DNA of 32,000 nucleotides from Candidatus Saccharimonadota bacterium (GTDB lineage Archaea; Micrarchaeota; Micrarchaeia; Micrarchaeales; Micrarchaeaceae): NCBI GenBank assembly GCA_963705375.1, contig OY970071.1, positions 930,001 to 962,000 of the forward strand, read 5' to 3'. Shown piece by piece: positions 29,847 to 32,000 of this stretch (position 1 is its first letter; each line of letters starts with the position of its first letter). The notes under the pieces were generated by a model. It saw only the letters and a program-made list of their open reading frames with translations, ran no database searches and was not told where the DNA came from. The position numbers and the translations under genes were made by a program.

Positions 29847-31661
29847 ATGGCCTACAATATGAAGGGTTTCGCATTCACGCTTGACGCGCTGTTCGCACTG
29901 ATAGTCGCAGGCATGGGAATTTCAATGCTGATGTACATGCAGTACATCTCTCCAATAGCATACCAGACTCCTGTACAGGAGGCGCACAACCTGATGCAGA
30001 GCCTGCTGCAGGAGCGCATAGCTAGCACATGCAGCAGCGTGTCTCTGGGCAGCGTGAACGGCTGTATGCAAGCTAGTGGTACCAACGAATATTCCTTTGG
30101 CTCGTACCTTGTGCAGCCGTATCAGAGCGTCCTTCAAGCTATCGCGAACATGTACCTCAACGGCAACGTAAACGGTCAGCTTGTCGGGAATTTCAGCGGC
30201 ACCGGCAGTTACATTTCGATCCCGTCAATCGTGGGCATCAGCGGATCTTCAAACGCCGCAGTTTCTGCATGGATACTCATGAAGAGTCCTAGCAACAACG
30301 TGGTGCTCTCTGATGCTTGGACTTCTCCTATGGTGCTGCAGATGTATGTGCACGCAAACGGCTCTCTAGAGGCAGATTTCGGGAGTGGATCCGACTGGAT
30401 CATCGAAGCCGAAACATCGTCGAACACACTGTCTCCAGGCAGGTGGTATGACCTCATGGCTACCTGGCAGAGCGGCAACGGAATCTCATTATACGTAAAC
30501 GGCCAACTTCAAAGCGCAAACTATCTCGTAGGCAACTCGTTGTCTGAAGGTTCGTTGGGCGTGCCTTCTATGGGGTATATCGGTTATAGCGGCCAGGGAA
30601 TCGGCGGATACTTTGATGGCCTGCTTGCCAACATACAGGTCTATTCTTCGCAGCTCAACTCATCTCAGTCTCTGCAGCTCTACTACCGTGGCGTATCTGG
30701 GCACCCATTAGGTGATTCAAACCTGATGGGCTGGTGGCCCCTGAACGGCACTCCGAACGACTACTCTGGAAACGACTACAACGGCACATCAACAAGCGTC
30801 GCATATTTCGGCCAGACCCCCTCACCGGGGCCGTTCGCAAGCGCACTTCTTGGTGCCTTATACCCGTCAACAAACATGACGATCTTTATAAACAACAGGT
30901 ATGCGCCGTCTATGCATCTTCAGTCTGCCGTCTTCAACGGCTTTGGCAGCATAGACGTTCCGAGCAGCTCGAGCCTTAACTTCATCACGCCATTCAGCGT
31001 CGAGGCATGGTTTGAGACGTCAAACTCTGGAGTGTACCAGACAATCATAAACAAAGACCTTACAGGCGAGGGCTATAACCAGAATTATCATCTTAGGGTG
31101 AACAACAACAATGTTCTGTTCGCAAGGTACGGTACTGGAGCGACTTCGTACGACATAACGGGCAACACTGTAGTGACTGATGGAAGGTGGCACCAGGCTA
31201 TCTTTGTGTGGGATGGCCAGTATGTGCATCTGTATCTTGATGGTGCGCAGGACGCAGCCCCTATAAGCGCGCAGAATTTACCGCTCACTAACACGGACCC
31301 GCTTCAAATAGGGACTTGGGCCGGGTATCTTTCTTTTAATGGCTTACTCTCCAATGTGCAGATATACGGCACAGCCCTTACGGCACCGCAGATAATGCAG
31401 CTGTATACTGAAGGTATCGATGGTGCACCTGCAGCCGGTGCAAACATGGTGGGGTGGTGGCCCCTTGACGGCAACGCAAATGACTACACAATCCACGGCA
31501 ATGGCGGTTACTCTTCAGGCGTCACGTACAGCAGCATGAACACGTATGTTCCTGTTTCATTTTCTGCATCGTCATTGGTGAGCGAAGAATCCATACCTCT
31601 GCTTCTCAATGCAAGCGGAACCGACGGCTTGTACAACGTAAGTGTGGTGATATGGCGATGA
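29847..31661 (+). CDS. Class-III-signal surface protein with LamG (Laminin_G_3-like) domains
   Basis: The N-terminus is MAYNMKGFAFTLDALFALIVAGMGISML (KG/F junction plus a hydrophobic helix). LamG_3-type ends are FDGLLANIQVYSSQLNSSQSLQLYYRGV and FNGLLSNVQIYGTALTAPQIMQLYTEGI. Each is followed by GWWPL.G..NDY. Confidence 0.8.
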   Translation: MAYNMKGFAFTLDALFALIVAGMGISMLMYMQYISPIAYQTPVQEAHNLMQSLLQERIASTCSSVSLGSVNGCMQASGTNEYSFGSYLVQPYQSVLQAIANMYLNGNVNGQLVGNFSGTGSYISIPSIVGISGSSNAAVSAWILMKSPSNNVVLSDAWTSPMVLQMYVHANGSLEADFGSGSDWIIEAETSSNTLSPGRWYDLMATWQSGNGISLYVNGQLQSANYLVGNSLSEGSLGVPSMGYIGYSGQGIGGYFDGLLANIQVYSSQLNSSQSLQLYYRGVSGHPLGDSNLMGWWPLNGTPNDYSGNDYNGTSTSVAYFGQTPSPGPFASALLGALYPSTNMTIFINNRYAPSMHLQSAVFNGFGSIDVPSSSSLNFITPFSVEAWFETSNSGVYQTIINKDLTGEGYNQNYHLRVNNNNVLFARYGTGATSYDITGNTVVTDGRWHQAIFVWDGQYVHLYLDGAQDAAPISAQNLPLTNTDPLQIGTWAGYLSFNGLLSNVQIYGTALTAPQIMQLYTEGIDGAPAAGANMVGWWPLDGNANDYTIHGNGGYSSGVTYSSMNTYVPVSFSASSLVSEESIPLLLNASGTDGLYNVSVVIWR

Positions 31662-31999
31662 AGCTTCCGATGTGTGTTACTGGCGCTCAGAAGGGTATGC
31701 TCTTCACGCTGATCACCATAGTGCTTGTCACTCTCATGCTTGCGATCGTGATGACATATTTATTGCTGAACATAAACTACGACAACCAGGCGTCTCGGGC
31801 CTACGGTGTCCTTGGCACCGACAATTTTGCAAGCTTGATACAAAGCGCAATGCCATCGCTGCTGGCCACCAGCCTGCAGAATGCACAGCATGCGTATCTA
31901 TCCGAAAACCTTGTGGAATGGTTGCCTCTTAGTGGTAACGCCAACGACTACAGCCGCAACGGCAACGACGGCGCTTCGACCAATGTGATATATGTGCCT
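31658..31999 (+). CDS. Class-III-signal LamG-type surface protein, N-terminal part (runs off the window end)
   Basis: This ORF is absent from the supplied track because it has no stop in the window. Its ATG at 31658 overlaps the upstream stop (ATGA). The translation is MKLPMCVTGAQKGMLFTLITIVLVTLMLAIV...LVEWLPLSGNANDYSRNGNDGASTNVIYVP, with the same signal type and the same WxPL.GN.NDYS motif as its neighbours. Confidence 0.65.
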   Translation, partial: MKLPMCVTGAQKGMLFTLITIVLVTLMLAIVMTYLLLNINYDNQASRAYGVLGTDNFASLIQSAMPSLLATSLQNAQHAYLSENLVEWLPLSGNANDYSRNGNDGASTNVIYVP

Positions 32000-32000
32000 A

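Noticed and set aside
31672-31932. The 86-aa ORF from the supplied track (MCYWRSEGYALHADHH...).
   Set aside because: It is out of frame with an edge-truncated ORF starting at 31658. That ORF has a class III signal-like N-terminus and the same WxPL.GN.NDYS motif as its neighbours, and is the real gene.

Overview
This is an archaeal chromosomal window. Supporting evidence is the uL13-uS9-RpoN-uS2 cluster, an archaeal-type LeuRS, Hel308, histone-fold proteins, a UbiA/DGGGP-synthase-like prenyltransferase, class III (type IV pilin-like) signal peptides, and TATA boxes very close to start codons. Lineage cannot be fixed from the sequence alone.

- **1-13 kb:** densely packed housekeeping genes, plus one pilin-like surface protein and an A24 prepilin/preflagellin peptidase.
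- **13.4-24.2 kb (about one third of the window):** a four-fold tandem amplification of a cassette.
  - Each cassette encodes a large cytoplasmic protein built from near-perfect 28-aa (84-bp) repeats, with 13, 25, 16 and 13 canonical units (67 in total).
  - Each also encodes a translationally coupled BofA-like small membrane protein (3 copies) and a convergently placed archaeal histone paralogue (3 copies).
  - Each histone shares a 178-bp divergent TATA-containing intergenic region with the next repeat-protein gene.
  - The non-array backbone of each full unit is exactly 1464 bp. Variation inside the 28-aa repeat is confined to about nine positions, and module order differs between paralogues. 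This resembles modular alpha-solenoid binders (mTERF/TALE/PUF-like logic).
  - I consider this the most novel element in the window.
- **24.2-26.4 kb:** Hel308 helicase on the minus strand.
- **26.6-32.0 kb:** a tight operon of at least 4 genes for class-III-signal proteins with multiple LamG (Laminin_G_3-like) domains. They are rich in N-glycosylation sequons and are probably pilus-associated or surface adhesins.

No rRNA or tRNA gene, CRISPR array, transposase or integrase could be supported.
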